DNA from: a candidate division WOR-3 bacterium
Lineage (GTDB): Bacteria; Hydrothermota; Hydrothermia; B15-G9; WFZT01
Direction of reading: 5' to 3'
Length of the DNA: 37,225 nt
Assembly: GCA_027053075.1 (NCBI GenBank)
Contig: JALUEE010000069.1
Span: forward strand, 1 to 37,225
Shown here piece by piece: positions 8,677-17,919 of the stretch (positions are counted from its first letter, which is position 1; every line of letters starts with the position of its first letter). Position numbers and translations under genes: made by a program. Under the pieces are notes generated by a model that was given only the letters and a program-made list of their open reading frames with translations, ran no database searches and had not been told where the DNA came from.

Positions 8677-9524
8677 AGCACAAGCTCTAAATTGATGGTT
8701 TTAACAGTACCAAGCCCCCTATTTATGGGCCTGAATCCTGCCATAACCCTGACAAAGGATTTTCTTGCTTCAATGGATAAAAGAAGCGGTGAAAACTCGT
8801 TGCCAAACTCATAACCTCCACCAATCTTCAAGAAGTCTTTGACAGAGTAACTTGCTCTAACTAAAAGTCTCGTATCGCCCGACTTAAGATCACTCAGTGC
8901 CCTGTCGTATGATAAAACTTTTGAAACATTTGCCGATAGCCCGATTCCCTTGAGCGAATAAGATATTCCTAAATTTGCGAATATTGGCGCCCGGTAGGTA
9001 AGCTCGGAGAATCCTGTTTTAAACCCCAAATTTTCCACAGAGAGCCCAACAGTAAGAGGTCTAAACCTGGCAGGCATGTACAATAGACCACTTGTGAGAT
9101 AAAAGGCATGGGTTGAACTATACAGGATGGTCTCGGAGAAGTATTGAATGGCAAAGCCTAACATCATTTCAGGATCTACTCTGAAACTCCTTCCAAGCTT
9201 TAGCTCATAGGCATAGGGGGTAAAATAGGACCTCGAATTATCATCGGGGGTATTGCCGTGGTATTCAAATTCCCCAAACCTGTAATAATTCACCGCAAAG
9301 CCCCACTTATTCCAGTTAAACTGAAATGTGGATATCCCCGCATCAGAAATCCAGCCCTTTGTGGCAAAGAGGAACGAACGTTTGGCTGTTAACCCAGCAG
9401 GGTTTCTGTTGATTGCTGCCACACCTGTATCTGTAGCAGTTGGAACTGTGTAATAAGGCTCGACATTAAGAAAGTCGTAAGCCGGAGCGATGCTGATAAA
9501 TAGAGAAAGCAGAAGTCCTGTCAT
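8673..9524 (-). CDS. Putative outer-membrane beta-barrel, PorV/PorQ-like family
   Basis: Hydrophobic signal peptide, FL motif after cleavage, NPAGL motif, alternating aromatic beta-strands, [11 protein letters not shown] 9524 follows AGGAGG. Confidence 0.6.
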   Translation of the reverse strand: MTGLLLSLFISIAPAYDFLNVEPYYTVPTATDTGVAAINRNPAGLTAKRSFLFATKGWISDAGISTFQFNWNKWGFAVNYYRFGEFEYHGNTPDDNSRSYFTPYAYELKLGRSFRVDPEMMLGFAIQYFSETILYSSTHAFYLTSGLLYMPARFRPLTVGLSVENLGFKTGFSELTYRAPIFANLGISYSLKGIGLSANVSKVLSYDRALSDLKSGDTRLLVRASYSVKDFLKIGGGYEFGNEFSPLLLSIEARKSFVRVMAGFRPINRGLGTVKTINLELVL

Positions 9525-9533
9525 CAAAACCTC

Positions 9534-10379
9534 CTAAAATTCAATCTCCTCACCGATGAGCCCCTGGATGAACTTCTTGAGCTCATCCTTGTTTTTAAAC
9601 TCAATGCTCAATTTCGTCTTACCCCAGGGCGATAGATTCACCCTGACTCTGTATTTCAACCTGTCAGTGAGGAGTTTTGAAATAATACGGGAAATCTCCC
9701 GATCTTTTGAGTCTCCTTTTTCAGATTTTGACCTCCTTTTCTTGACCAGCTCTTCCACCTGGCGTGCACTGAGTCCCTTTTCCACAACCACCTTCGCAAT
9801 CTCTGTTTGAATCTCTTTCGGCAATCCTATGAGGGGTCTTGCCTGTCCCTCGGTGAGCTTTCCTTCGTGTATAAGCTTCTGTACTTCTTCATCCAATTGC
9901 AGGAGTCTCAGGGTATTTGCCACAGCTGATCTGCTGCGGCCAATCTTTCTGGCAATCTCCTCCTGTGTGAGTTTGAATCTTTCTTTTAGGAGCTGGTATC
10001 CTTTAGCAAGCTCAATTGGGTTCAGGTCTTTACGGTCGAGATTTTCCACAAGTGCGATCTCAAGGGCACCGTTGTCATCAATATCAATCACCCGGGCTGG
10101 AATTTTATCTAACCCTGCGACCTTTGCAGCACGCCAGCGCCTCTCACCTGCCACAAGCTGGTACTTTCCATCGACCTTTCTAACTATTACGGGCTGAAGC
10201 ACACCACGTTTCTTAATGGACTCGGCAAGAGAATTGATTTCTTCATCGCTAAATGCTATCCTTGGCTGCAGGGGATTGGGCTCAATCTCGTCTATACCAA
10301 TGAGGAGGATTTCCTCGGTGTTAACCAATTCATTTGAAATAAGGGCATCAAGCCCTCTACCCAGCACTTTCTTTGCCAT
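9534..10379 (-). CDS. parB: Chromosome partitioning protein ParB/Spo0J
   Basis: LGRGLDALI, NPLQPR, GVLQPVIVR, AGERRWRA, ENLDRKDL, HTH TQEEIARKIGRSRSAVANTLRLL. Confidence 0.97.
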   Translation of the reverse strand: MAKKVLGRGLDALISNELVNTEEILLIGIDEIEPNPLQPRIAFSDEEINSLAESIKKRGVLQPVIVRKVDGKYQLVAGERRWRAAKVAGLDKIPARVIDIDDNGALEIALVENLDRKDLNPIELAKGYQLLKERFKLTQEEIARKIGRSRSAVANTLRLLQLDEEVQKLIHEGKLTEGQARPLIGLPKEIQTEIAKVVVEKGLSARQVEELVKKRRSKSEKGDSKDREISRIISKLLTDRLKYRVRVNLSPWGKTKLSIEFKNKDELKKFIQGLIGEEIEF

Positions 10380-11121
10380 TTAAAAACTCCTTTGCAAGGT
10401 TTAAGTAGTCAAGCGCTCCCTGAGAATTGGGAGCATAAATTCCAACAGGCTTGCCAAAACTCGGGGACTCTGCAATTCGGACACTTCTGTGAATCACATT
10501 TTTATAGACCTTTCTGTCAAAAAATCTACGAACCTCATTCTCTACCTGACTCGTGAGATTCAAACGCCTGTCGTACATGGTGAGGAGGAATCCTTCGATT
10601 TTTAGTTCCGGATTATAGGCCTGCTTGATCTTCTTAAGGGTTCTGAGGAGCTGGCCCAATCCTTCAAGGGCGTAATATTCGCACTGAACAGGTATGAGTA
10701 CACTCTTCGCCGCAGTTAGGGCAATAACCGTGAGGAGCCCGAGAGAGGGCGGAGTATCTATGAAAATGTAATCATAACCTTCGACATCCCTCAGCTTTTT
10801 TCTCAAAGTCTCGTGCCAGTTGGGCCTCTCCCTTAGCTCAACATCGGCTCCCACGAGGTCAGTGGTAGAAGGGATAAGATAAAGATTATCAAACGGAGCC
10901 TGCACAACAACTTGCTCTACTGTGACATCCGGATCTATCAAAAGCTCATATGTAGTTAGCTCAACATCACTAACACCAAATCCACTCGTTGCATTGGCCT
11001 GTGGGTCCATATCCACCACAAGCACCTTTTTGCCCAATTTGGCAAGATAGTAGGAGAGATTTATGGCGGTGGTTGTTTTCCCAACTCCACCCTTCTGGTT
11101 GGAAATGGAGATGATTTTCAT
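10357..11121 (-). CDS. parA: Chromosome partitioning ATPase ParA/Soj
   Basis: NQKGGVGKTTT, VDMDPQANAT, IDTPPSLGLLT, PVQCEYYALEG, ESPSFGKP. Confidence 0.97.
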   Translation of the reverse strand: MKIISISNQKGGVGKTTTAINLSYYLAKLGKKVLVVDMDPQANATSGFGVSDVELTTYELLIDPDVTVEQVVVQAPFDNLYLIPSTTDLVGADVELRERPNWHETLRKKLRDVEGYDYIFIDTPPSLGLLTVIALTAAKSVLIPVQCEYYALEGLGQLLRTLKKIKQAYNPELKIEGFLLTMYDRRLNLTSQVENEVRRFFDRKVYKNVIHRSVRIAESPSFGKPVGIYAPNSQGALDYLNLAKEFLNGKESAG

Positions 11122-11128
11122 GTCGGGA

Positions 11129-11157
11129 ATTATAAAGTGCCGATTTTACCGGTTCAA
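11129..11157 (-). promoter_or_regulatory. Internal sigma70 promoter of parA (leaderless-type)
   Basis: Minus strand: TTGAAC (11157-11152), 17 nt, TATAAT (11134-11129), 7 nt, ATG 11121; no SD. Confidence 0.7.
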
Positions 11158-11741
11158 TCCCGATTTGTTTCACGTGAAACAATCACGCAGGTTCTGGCTT
11201 TAATAAATGGATTTTGAACCTCTAAATGACAGTTTTTGCTCCGGGTGGATATATATACAAACCTCCCACCAGGACTCAAAATCCTCTTTGTAGCATCTTT
11301 AACCCTCTCATACCCTGTCCCCATGGAAACAACCGTTTCATAAGAGCCCCCAAGCCTTTCCCAGGAATCACAGAAAATCTCAATATTATCAAGCCCCAGC
11401 AAATCTCTTACATATTGCAAAAAGATACATTTTTTTCGAACAACATCCACAAGGGTAAACTTCTTCTCTGGGAAATGGATTGCAAGGGGGATACCCGGGA
11501 ATCCAGCACCTGTGCCAAGATCAGCCACTCGCTCACCTTCGATAACTTTTGCAGCAATCAGTGAATCAAAGAGCAACCCTAAAAGCTCATTCTCCCCTAT
11601 CCTTTTTGAGACAATAGTCGTCTTTTTAGACCACTTTAAAACGAGCCTCAGATACTCCTCAAGCTTTGAGATTTCATCAAGACCAGGTTCTATCCCATGA
11701 CGTTCGAGTTCTTGCACGAGTTTTTGTATTGAAGTTATCAT
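11154..11741 (-). CDS. rsmG: 16S rRNA m7G527 methyltransferase RsmG (GidB)
   Basis: DSL, ADLGTGAGFPGIPLAI, TLVD..RKK..FL; canonical position upstream of parAB. Confidence 0.9.
   Translation of the reverse strand: MITSIQKLVQELERHGIEPGLDEISKLEEYLRLVLKWSKKTTIVSKRIGENELLGLLFDSLIAAKVIEGERVADLGTGAGFPGIPLAIHFPEKKFTLVDVVRKKCIFLQYVRDLLGLDNIEIFCDSWERLGGSYETVVSMGTGYERVKDATKRILSPGGRFVYISTRSKNCHLEVQNPFIKARTCVIVSRETNRD
11166..11181. promoter_or_regulatory. parS: parS centromere-like site
   Basis: Exact TGTTTCACGTGAAACA, the canonical chromosomal parS palindrome, within the 3' end of rsmG and next to parAB. Confidence 0.95.
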
Positions 11742-11779
11742 CCTGTGGCATTATAACTTATATTGGAGGTGAAAGACAA
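11729..11779. promoter_or_regulatory. Overlapping divergent promoters for hutU (+) and rsmG (-)
   Basis: Plus strand: TTGAAG (11729-11734), 17 nt, TATAAC (11752-11757), SD GGAGGT. Minus strand: TTGTCT (11779-11774), 18 nt, TATAAT (11755-11750), 8 nt, ATG 11741. Confidence 0.55.
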
Positions 11780-13488
11780 TGGACCTTTATGAAATGATTA
11801 AAACAAAGCCCAAAACAGTAAGAGCTCCGAGGGGAACGGAGCTCCATGCAAAGGACTGGCACGCTGAAGCAGCTCTCAGAATGCTCATGAACAACGTGGA
11901 CCCGGAAGTGGCTGAAATACCTGAAGAACTGATTGTTTATGGTGGCTCAGGTAAAGCTGCACGTAACTGGGATGCCTTCTGGGCTATCGTAAAAACATTA
12001 CTCGAGATCGAACCCAACGAGACCCTGCTTGTTCAATCGGGTAAGCCTGTTGGTGTTTTCAAGACCCACGAATGGGCACCACGAGTTATCATTGCCAACT
12101 CAAACCTCGTTCCCAAATGGGCCACATGGGACTACTTCCACAAGCTCGAAAAGATGGGACTCATCATGTACGGTCAGATGACTGCAGGCTCCTGGATTTA
12201 CATAGGCACCCAGGGTATTCTTCAGGGAACTTATGAGACATTTGCAGCAGCCGGCAGAAAGAAATTTGGAGTAAACGACCTTCGCGGCAAGCTTATCGTC
12301 TCTGGTGGATGCGGTGGAATGAGCGGTGCACAGCCTCTTGCAGCAACCATGAACAATGCTACATACCTTGCAGCAGAAGTGGTGGAAGAGCGGGCCAAAA
12401 AGAGACTTCTCACAAAATATCTCGATGAAATTGAGCACAACCTTGACGCTGCCATTGACCGTGCCCTTGAATACAAGGAAAAGGGTATCGCGAAGAGTAT
12501 CGTCTGGATTGGAAATGTTGTCACACTCCTTGAAAGGCTTGTTGAAAGAGGTATTACACCTGACCTTCTGACAGACCAGACATCAGCCCATGACCCGCTG
12601 AATGGATACATCCCCGAGGGACTCATCTACGAACAGGCACTGGAGCTTAGAAAGAACAATCCTGATGAGTACCTCCGTCGCTCCTATCAGACCATGGCAA
12701 AACATGTAAGAACCATGATTACACTCCAGGAAAGGGGTGCAGAGACATTTGATTATGGGAACAACCTGCGTGGAAATGCCCTTGCAGGTGGATTTATCAA
12801 GGAAGAGGAGATTAAAAATCCCGATGGTTCCTGGAAGTATCCGGGATTCGTCCCTGCTTACATTAGACCCCTTTTCTGTGAAGGGCAGGGTCCATTCAGA
12901 TGGGCAGCTCTTTCAGGAGACCCGGAGGACATCTATACTATCGATGAGGAATTGATAAAGCTCTTCCCGGAGAAGGAGCACATGGTAAGGTGGATCAAGA
13001 TGGCCCGTGAGCGTGTGGCATTTCAGGGACTCCCTGCGAGAATCTGCTGGCTGGGATACGGTGAAAGAGATAAGGCCGGACTGCTCTTCAACCGGCTTGT
13101 GAGGGAAGGAAAAGTGAAGGCCCCGATTGTCATAGGAAGGGACCATCTGGACACGGGCTCTGTGGCATCGCCCAACAGAGAGACTGAGGCCATGAAGGAT
13201 GGGTCTGATGCCATTGCCGACTGGCCGTTATTAAACTTCGCACTCAATGCAGTTTCAGGAGCATCCTGGGTCAGCTTCCATCACGGTGGAGGTGTGGGAA
13301 TAGGATACGCCCTTCATGCAGGTCAGGTGATTGTCGCAGATGGAAGTGAGATGATGGATATCAGGCTTAAGAAAGTGCTAACCAACGACCCCGGAACGGG
13401 AATTGCAAGACACGTTGATGCAGGCTACGAGAAGGCCATAGAAACGGCGAAGAAGTTTGGAATCAAGATTCCTATGGCGGATTGGTAG
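11779..13488 (+). CDS. hutU: Urocanate hydratase
   Basis: [75 protein letters not shown]. Confidence 0.98.
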   Translation: MDLYEMIKTKPKTVRAPRGTELHAKDWHAEAALRMLMNNVDPEVAEIPEELIVYGGSGKAARNWDAFWAIVKTLLEIEPNETLLVQSGKPVGVFKTHEWAPRVIIANSNLVPKWATWDYFHKLEKMGLIMYGQMTAGSWIYIGTQGILQGTYETFAAAGRKKFGVNDLRGKLIVSGGCGGMSGAQPLAATMNNATYLAAEVVEERAKKRLLTKYLDEIEHNLDAAIDRALEYKEKGIAKSIVWIGNVVTLLERLVERGITPDLLTDQTSAHDPLNGYIPEGLIYEQALELRKNNPDEYLRRSYQTMAKHVRTMITLQERGAETFDYGNNLRGNALAGGFIKEEEIKNPDGSWKYPGFVPAYIRPLFCEGQGPFRWAALSGDPEDIYTIDEELIKLFPEKEHMVRWIKMARERVAFQGLPARICWLGYGERDKAGLLFNRLVREGKVKAPIVIGRDHLDTGSVASPNRETEAMKDGSDAIADWPLLNFALNAVSGASWVSFHHGGGVGIGYALHAGQVIVADGSEMMDIRLKKVLTNDPGTGIARHVDAGYEKAIETAKKFGIKIPMADW

Positions 13489-13522
13489 GGGTAATAGGAT
13501 TTGACCAGATTTTAAAGAAGTG

Positions 13523-13549
13523 GGGGCGGCGCCCTTCGGGCGCCGCCCC
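13523..13549. terminator. GC-rich hairpin, probable bidirectional terminator between convergent hutU and lipoprotein genes
   Basis: GGGGCGGCGCCC-TTC-GGGCGCCGCCCC 12-bp stem, with T-rich sequence downstream on both strands. Confidence 0.75.
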
Positions 13550-13559
13550 ACAGTTTAAT

Positions 13560-14222
13560 TTACTCTACGTGGTACGCCTCTAACTCTGAATAGCTTTCGG
13601 TGCTGTCAGGGGACATATCTCTTTCTTCAACCATACCTACGTTATCTGCGAAATAATAGTATGTATAGGTTGTCTCAGCATAGGTCTGTCCACCATAGGA
13701 ATAACTCCATATGTTCTTGAACTCCACCTTCATAGCTCCATCGAAGTTGCCGGCCGGTGTCTGAACACTCTCTGTTCCCTGTGCCGTAGCATGTATGGAA
13801 AAAGAATAGTTTGTGTCACTTTCCGAAACGACAACCCAGCTATCACCTGTGGAAAGTGGGGTTTTAACGAACCTCATAATGTAGTACACACTATCCGGTG
13901 AACCTTCCTCATGTCCCATGATAAAGATATATCCACCCTCTCTGTAAACGTAAGAAGTGTCATTTCCATTAACTCCGATATACACATTCTTTCCGTTTAC
14001 TACACCTGTTCCAACTATTCTGATGGTGTCTCTGGTGGTATCTCCTTTGGTACCGCCAGTCTCGTAGTTCAAATATGCCCACCAGTTTCCCACAGATAGT
14101 GGAAGGGGTTCATTGATTGTTCCAGCACCACCTCCACCTCCTGGGCCAGTGGTTCCTCCTTTCTGGCAGCTCACAAAGGCGAGACTGCCTGCAATAAGTA
14201 TTGTTGCTAATAGTTTTTTCAT
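13560..14222 (-). CDS. Lipoprotein, beta-rich, DUF3108/TapB-like (TPAG.F...YFA..VG motif)
   Basis: MKKLLATILIAGSLAFVS-C lipobox, Gly-rich linker, VQTPAGNFDGAMKVE and YYYFADNVGMVEE. ATG 14222 follows GGAGG. Confidence 0.75.
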   Translation of the reverse strand: MKKLLATILIAGSLAFVSCQKGGTTGPGGGGGAGTINEPLPLSVGNWWAYLNYETGGTKGDTTRDTIRIVGTGVVNGKNVYIGVNGNDTSYVYREGGYIFIMGHEEGSPDSVYYIMRFVKTPLSTGDSWVVVSESDTNYSFSIHATAQGTESVQTPAGNFDGAMKVEFKNIWSYSYGGQTYAETTYTYYYFADNVGMVEERDMSPDSTESYSELEAYHVE

Positions 14223-14250
14223 ACGCCCTCCTTGGGGTTTTCTTAGGGCA

Positions 14251-14279
14251 ATTATAAAGGGAGAATATTTCCACGTCCA
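14251..14279 (-). promoter_or_regulatory. Putative sigma70 promoter of the lipoprotein gene
   Basis: Minus strand: TGGACG, 17 nt, TATAAT (14256-14251). Confidence 0.55.
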
Positions 14280-14549
14280 CGAAAACCAGTCATTCATTCT
14301 GGCAATCTTAAATGAGAAGTTAAGGATGCCAACCATGAAAAGGGTCTTGGATATCGGTCAAAAACATCTGGTAAAACCATGGAAAATCTGTAGCATTTTA
14401 CGTGATAATCTTCACACTATAGCCCTCTTCGGATTGTTCCCCGTTGTTCAATACAGTTCAAAAAGTCAGATACCGGTATTCTATAAATCCCTGATACTTC
14501 AATGAAGTCTTTTGTACCATTTTATGATTCACCGGGAAAAGTTCATCCA

Positions 14550-15599
14550 TTAGAGGGAGTCGGTTAACTCGGCAATTTTACGATGGAATTTGATTCTAAA
14601 CAAGAGAATAGGTGCCGGATTTCTGCCAAAGTATACTCTGTTGGTCATAAGGGAGACCACCAGTTTCCTATCCGGGTCTACAAAGAGAGAAGTTCCGGTA
14701 AATCCAGTGTGTCCAAATGTATTCTTTCCGAGATACCTCGCCGGAGAAGAGGGGGTCCAGAGGGCCCATCCCAATCCCCGCCTTTGATTTTGGAATTCAA
14801 TTTGAGGCGAAACCGCATCAATCACTATCCTGCGCGGTAATCCAAGGTGATTTACTCCATAGATACTATCAAGCCACGCGAGTCCAAAATCTGCCACATC
14901 ACGGGGGGTAGAAAATAATCCCGCGTGTCCGGCAATGCCACCCAGTGCAAAGGCATTTTCATCATGGACCTCGCCACATATTCTCCGCTTACGCCAGTTA
15001 CATAGCTCGGTGGCAACAGTGTTTTCACAGGGGAACGGGCCATAACCGGTGTTTTTCAGACCAAGTGGCTCGGTCAAATGGATCTTTATAACTTCATCGA
15101 GCTTTTTCCCGGTTATCCTTTCGAGGGCCCACCCCAGAATCATAAAACCGAGATCAGAATAAAGAACTTTGGATCCAGGAGGATAAATCAGACTCTCACT
15201 AAGAACGGCTTTTTTTATTTCATCTCCCTTTAATTTCTCGTAGTAAGGTTTCCAAGATGGTAGACCACTTGAGTGGGTCAAAATGTGCTTAAAGGTAACC
15301 ACTGATTTATCGTAAGGTTCACTGTTCTGTGAGAATTCAGGAACTATGGAAACTACAGGCATTTCAATTGAATAGCCTCTACTGTAAAACACTTTCAGGA
15401 AAGCTGTTGCAGTAAATACCTTGGTTATGGATGCTATGTCAAAAAGTGTACTTTCGTTAATTTCTTTATCTGGGCCATGACCGGTAGAACCTGTGTAATA
15501 CTCGAAAATTTCATCACCCTGGTAGTAAACAACGGCTCCAGCAGCGGTGTAAATAGAATTAACACCAGAATCCATTAGTTCTTTGATCTCTGCTAACAA
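14550..15599 (-). CDS. Serine hydrolase, beta-lactamase class C/AmiE-like family
   Basis: FDIASITK (SxxK), LTHSSGL, YSDLGF, GEVHDENA, AGHAGLFS, GHTGFTG. TTG 15599 is preferred (SD AGGGGG; upstream TTGCAA-17-TATAAA overlaps the GTG at 15635). No signal peptide. Confidence 0.85.
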   Translation of the reverse strand: MLAEIKELMDSGVNSIYTAAGAVVYYQGDEIFEYYTGSTGHGPDKEINESTLFDIASITKVFTATAFLKVFYSRGYSIEMPVVSIVPEFSQNSEPYDKSVVTFKHILTHSSGLPSWKPYYEKLKGDEIKKAVLSESLIYPPGSKVLYSDLGFMILGWALERITGKKLDEVIKIHLTEPLGLKNTGYGPFPCENTVATELCNWRKRRICGEVHDENAFALGGIAGHAGLFSTPRDVADFGLAWLDSIYGVNHLGLPRRIVIDAVSPQIEFQNQRRGLGWALWTPSSPARYLGKNTFGHTGFTGTSLFVDPDRKLVVSLMTNRVYFGRNPAPILLFRIKFHRKIAELTDSL

Positions 15600-15783
15600 G
15601 ATTTCCCCCTTTTGTATATTTGCTAATTTATACACCCTACATCGATAATTTGCAATCAGACAAATTTAAGATTCGTTTTAACTACGGGGCTGAGTGATTG
15701 GTTTAATGGAGCGTATGGCGTCTCGGCAGTTGATATTAGCTTCTGTCATATTTTTAGAGATGCTTCTACAGAGCTGGGTGGAA

Positions 15784-15812
15784 CCCACTCACTTCGTACA
15801 CAGGAAAGGAGG
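15784..15812. repeat. Degenerate REP-like unit
   Basis: CCCACTCACTTCGTAC...GGAAAGG resembles CCCACACACTTCGTGCGTGTGGGAAGG (reverse complement of 30710-30736). Confidence 0.4.
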
Positions 15813-15839
15813 GCATTTTCAAATACACCTTCACTGTGG

Positions 15840-15868
15840 TTGACATTATAAAAACATAGCATTAACCT
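15840..15868 (+). promoter_or_regulatory. Putative sigma70 promoter of the TPR-peptidase-efp operon
   Basis: TTGACA (15840-15845), 17 nt, TAACCT (15863-15868), 9 nt, ATG 15878; no SD. Confidence 0.6.
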
Positions 15869-15877
15869 AAAAATTCC

Positions 15878-16297
15878 ATGGATTACGAGAAACTTTATAA
15901 GGATGGCGATAGGTCTATAAAAACAATTGTGGAGTATGCAATTCACCTCAAGAATACGGGAAAAATTGAAGAAGCCCTCGCGACTCTTGAAGAGGGAGTG
16001 GAAAAGTACCCCACATCTTCACTCCTTTACACCCTCATCGGGAAAATTCATCTTCAGGAGAATGAATTTGAGAAAGCGCTGATAACTCTTAAAAAAGCCT
16101 ATAACCTCGATAAATTTAACTATCAGGCAATCGTTGGACTCGTTAAATGTTTTAGAAAACTCGGGCTCAAAAGAAACAAAGAGTATTTTGAGAAGGTGGC
16201 TTTCATTTTATATCCATTTAAAGAAACACAGGAAGGATTGCCAGGAAGTGAAGAGCTCGAAAAAATAGCCGAAGAGGGGAGGGATTTGATTGAATAG
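15878..16297 (+). CDS. Tetratricopeptide repeat protein
   Basis: G.IEEALATLEEGVEKYP, LIGKIHL...EFEKALITLKKAYNLD TPR-like helices. Confidence 0.75.
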   Translation: MDYEKLYKDGDRSIKTIVEYAIHLKNTGKIEEALATLEEGVEKYPTSSLLYTLIGKIHLQENEFEKALITLKKAYNLDKFNYQAIVGLVKCFRKLGLKRNKEYFEKVAFILYPFKETQEGLPGSEELEKIAEEGRDLIE

Positions 16298-17354
16298 GAT
16301 CGATGCACTCCGTGAGAAACTGGACCAGTTGAATGTGGATATTTACCTCGAAACCAAACTGGCAAATATTCGATATTTAACGGGATTCTCTGGCTCAAAT
16401 GCATATTTACTTGTGGGCAGGGATATTTACCTTTTCGTTTCAGATGGTCGCTATAAGGAGCAGTCCCGTGAAGAGGTCAAAGATGCCGATATTTTTATTT
16501 ACACAAAAGAAATAACAGAGTTTAAAGAGAAGTTGCCAGAGATAAAGCTAAGAATAGGTGTTCCAAAGGCTAATGTCACCTGTGAATTGTTTGAAAAATT
16601 GGAAGCGAAGTTGGAAGGATTCGAGCTGGTTCTCGTGGATGACCCTGTTTCACCTATGAGAATGTTCAAATCTGAGGATGAAATCGAGAAAATTCGAAGG
16701 TCTCAGGAGGTTACAGACAGAATATTCACGGAGATTCTAAAAAGGGTTAAGCCAGGCGAAACAACAGAGCTTGATATTGCAGCAGAAATTGAGTATCTCA
16801 TGAAGAAATTTGGAGCGGAAAAACCCTCCTTTGACACTATTGTCGCAACAGGCCCACACTCGGCACTCCCCCATGCAAAACCAAGGAAGGTAAAGGTCAA
16901 GAATGAGACCAACCTGCTCATGGACTTTGGAAACTATCTTGAAGGTTATTCATCTGATATGACGAGAACCGTCTGGGTGGGTGAAAATCCACCTGAAGAA
17001 TTTATAAAAATCTACAACATAGTGAAAGAAGCGCAGGAGAGGGCAGAGGAAGAGGCAAAGCCCGGTATGACCGGCAAGGAAATCGATTCACTTGCAAGGG
17101 AAGTGATTGAAAAGGCCGGTTACGGGGAACTTTTTGGACACAGCCTCGGGCACGGAGTAGGGCTTGAAGTCCATGAACTTCCGCTGATAAGCATGTTGGG
17201 TAAAACAAAGATTGAACCCGGAATGGTCTTTACCGTGGAACCGGGAATCTATGTTCCCGGGTTTGCGGGTGTTAGAATAGAGGACATTGTCGTAATGAGA
17301 GAAAACGGGGTTGAAGTTATCACCCGTTCCCCAAAAAATTTAATAAAAATCTAA
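16290..17354 (+). CDS. Xaa-Pro aminopeptidase/dipeptidase (M24B)
   Basis: NIRYLTGFSGS, SALPHA, DFG..LEGYSSDMTRT, HSLGHGVGLEVHE, TVEPGIY, GVRIED; conserved position upstream of efp. Confidence 0.93.
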   Translation: MNRIDALREKLDQLNVDIYLETKLANIRYLTGFSGSNAYLLVGRDIYLFVSDGRYKEQSREEVKDADIFIYTKEITEFKEKLPEIKLRIGVPKANVTCELFEKLEAKLEGFELVLVDDPVSPMRMFKSEDEIEKIRRSQEVTDRIFTEILKRVKPGETTELDIAAEIEYLMKKFGAEKPSFDTIVATGPHSALPHAKPRKVKVKNETNLLMDFGNYLEGYSSDMTRTVWVGENPPEEFIKIYNIVKEAQERAEEEAKPGMTGKEIDSLAREVIEKAGYGELFGHSLGHGVGLEVHELPLISMLGKTKIEPGMVFTVEPGIYVPGFAGVRIEDIVVMRENGVEVITRSPKNLIKI

Positions 17355-17364
17355 GGAGAGGAGT

Positions 17365-17919
17365 ATGCCAGACATCAGAACAGGAATGGCAATAAGATAT
17401 CAGGGAGATATTTATCTTGTGGTGAGTTTTCAGCACATCCACATGGGCAGAGGCGGAGCAACCATCAGGACAAAGCTCAAGAACGTGCACACGGGACAGG
17501 TAAAAGAGGTGAGTTTCAGAAGCTCAGACGACATCGAAGAAATCCTTCTTAAACGAAAGAGCGCTACCCTGTCTTACATCGCTGGAGACGAGTACCACTT
17601 TATGGACAACGAGACCTTTGAGGAAATTGTATTCACAAAGGACCAGATAGAAGAGCAGTCCGGATATTTGAAAGAAGGAATGGAAGTTACAGTGCTCTTT
17701 GCTGACGACGAGCCTATCACCATTGAGCCTCCTATGTTTGTGGAGCTCGAAGTGGTTGAAACAGACCCCGGGCTCAAGGGAGATACCGCATCAGGTGGCT
17801 CTAAACCTGCGAAGTTGGAGACTGGGAAAGTCATCCAGGTTCCGCTATTCGTCCAGATTGGTGATGTTATAAAAATTGACACAAGGTCAGATAAATATAT
17901 CGAGAGAGTGAAAAAGTGA
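17365..17919 (+). CDS. efp: Translation elongation factor P
   Basis: IRTKLKN, FMDNETFE, TDPGLKGDTASGGSKPAKLETG..IQVPLF, IDTR. The tip loop reads HMGRG. Confidence 0.97.
   Translation: MPDIRTGMAIRYQGDIYLVVSFQHIHMGRGGATIRTKLKNVHTGQVKEVSFRSSDDIEEILLKRKSATLSYIAGDEYHFMDNETFEEIVFTKDQIEEQSGYLKEGMEVTVLFADDEPITIEPPMFVELEVVETDPGLKGDTASGGSKPAKLETGKVIQVPLFVQIGDVIKIDTRSDKYIERVKK

Noticed and set aside
4125..8814. Long antisense ORFs such as 4125-4715, 5876-6451 and 8284-8814
   Set aside because: Shadow frames opposite well-conserved genes (nadK, recN, accA) with no independent support.
9031..10050. Several TTTTCCACA matches to the relaxed DnaA box (e.g. 9031-9039, 10042-10050), suggesting oriC
   Set aside because: All lie inside coding regions (GTG GAA AA codons on the minus strand), are not clustered, and have no adjacent AT-rich unwinding region or dnaA.
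14458..14550. 30-aa minus-strand ORF (MDELFPVNHK...) overlapping the hydrolase stop by TAATG
   Set aside because: It is short, has no SD and no recognisable motif, and cannot be distinguished from chance or a decayed gene fragment.
14550..15599. Antibiotic-resistance beta-lactamase
   Set aside because: No signal peptide, and YSD/HTG in place of YxN/KTG. It looks like a general serine hydrolase or amidase.
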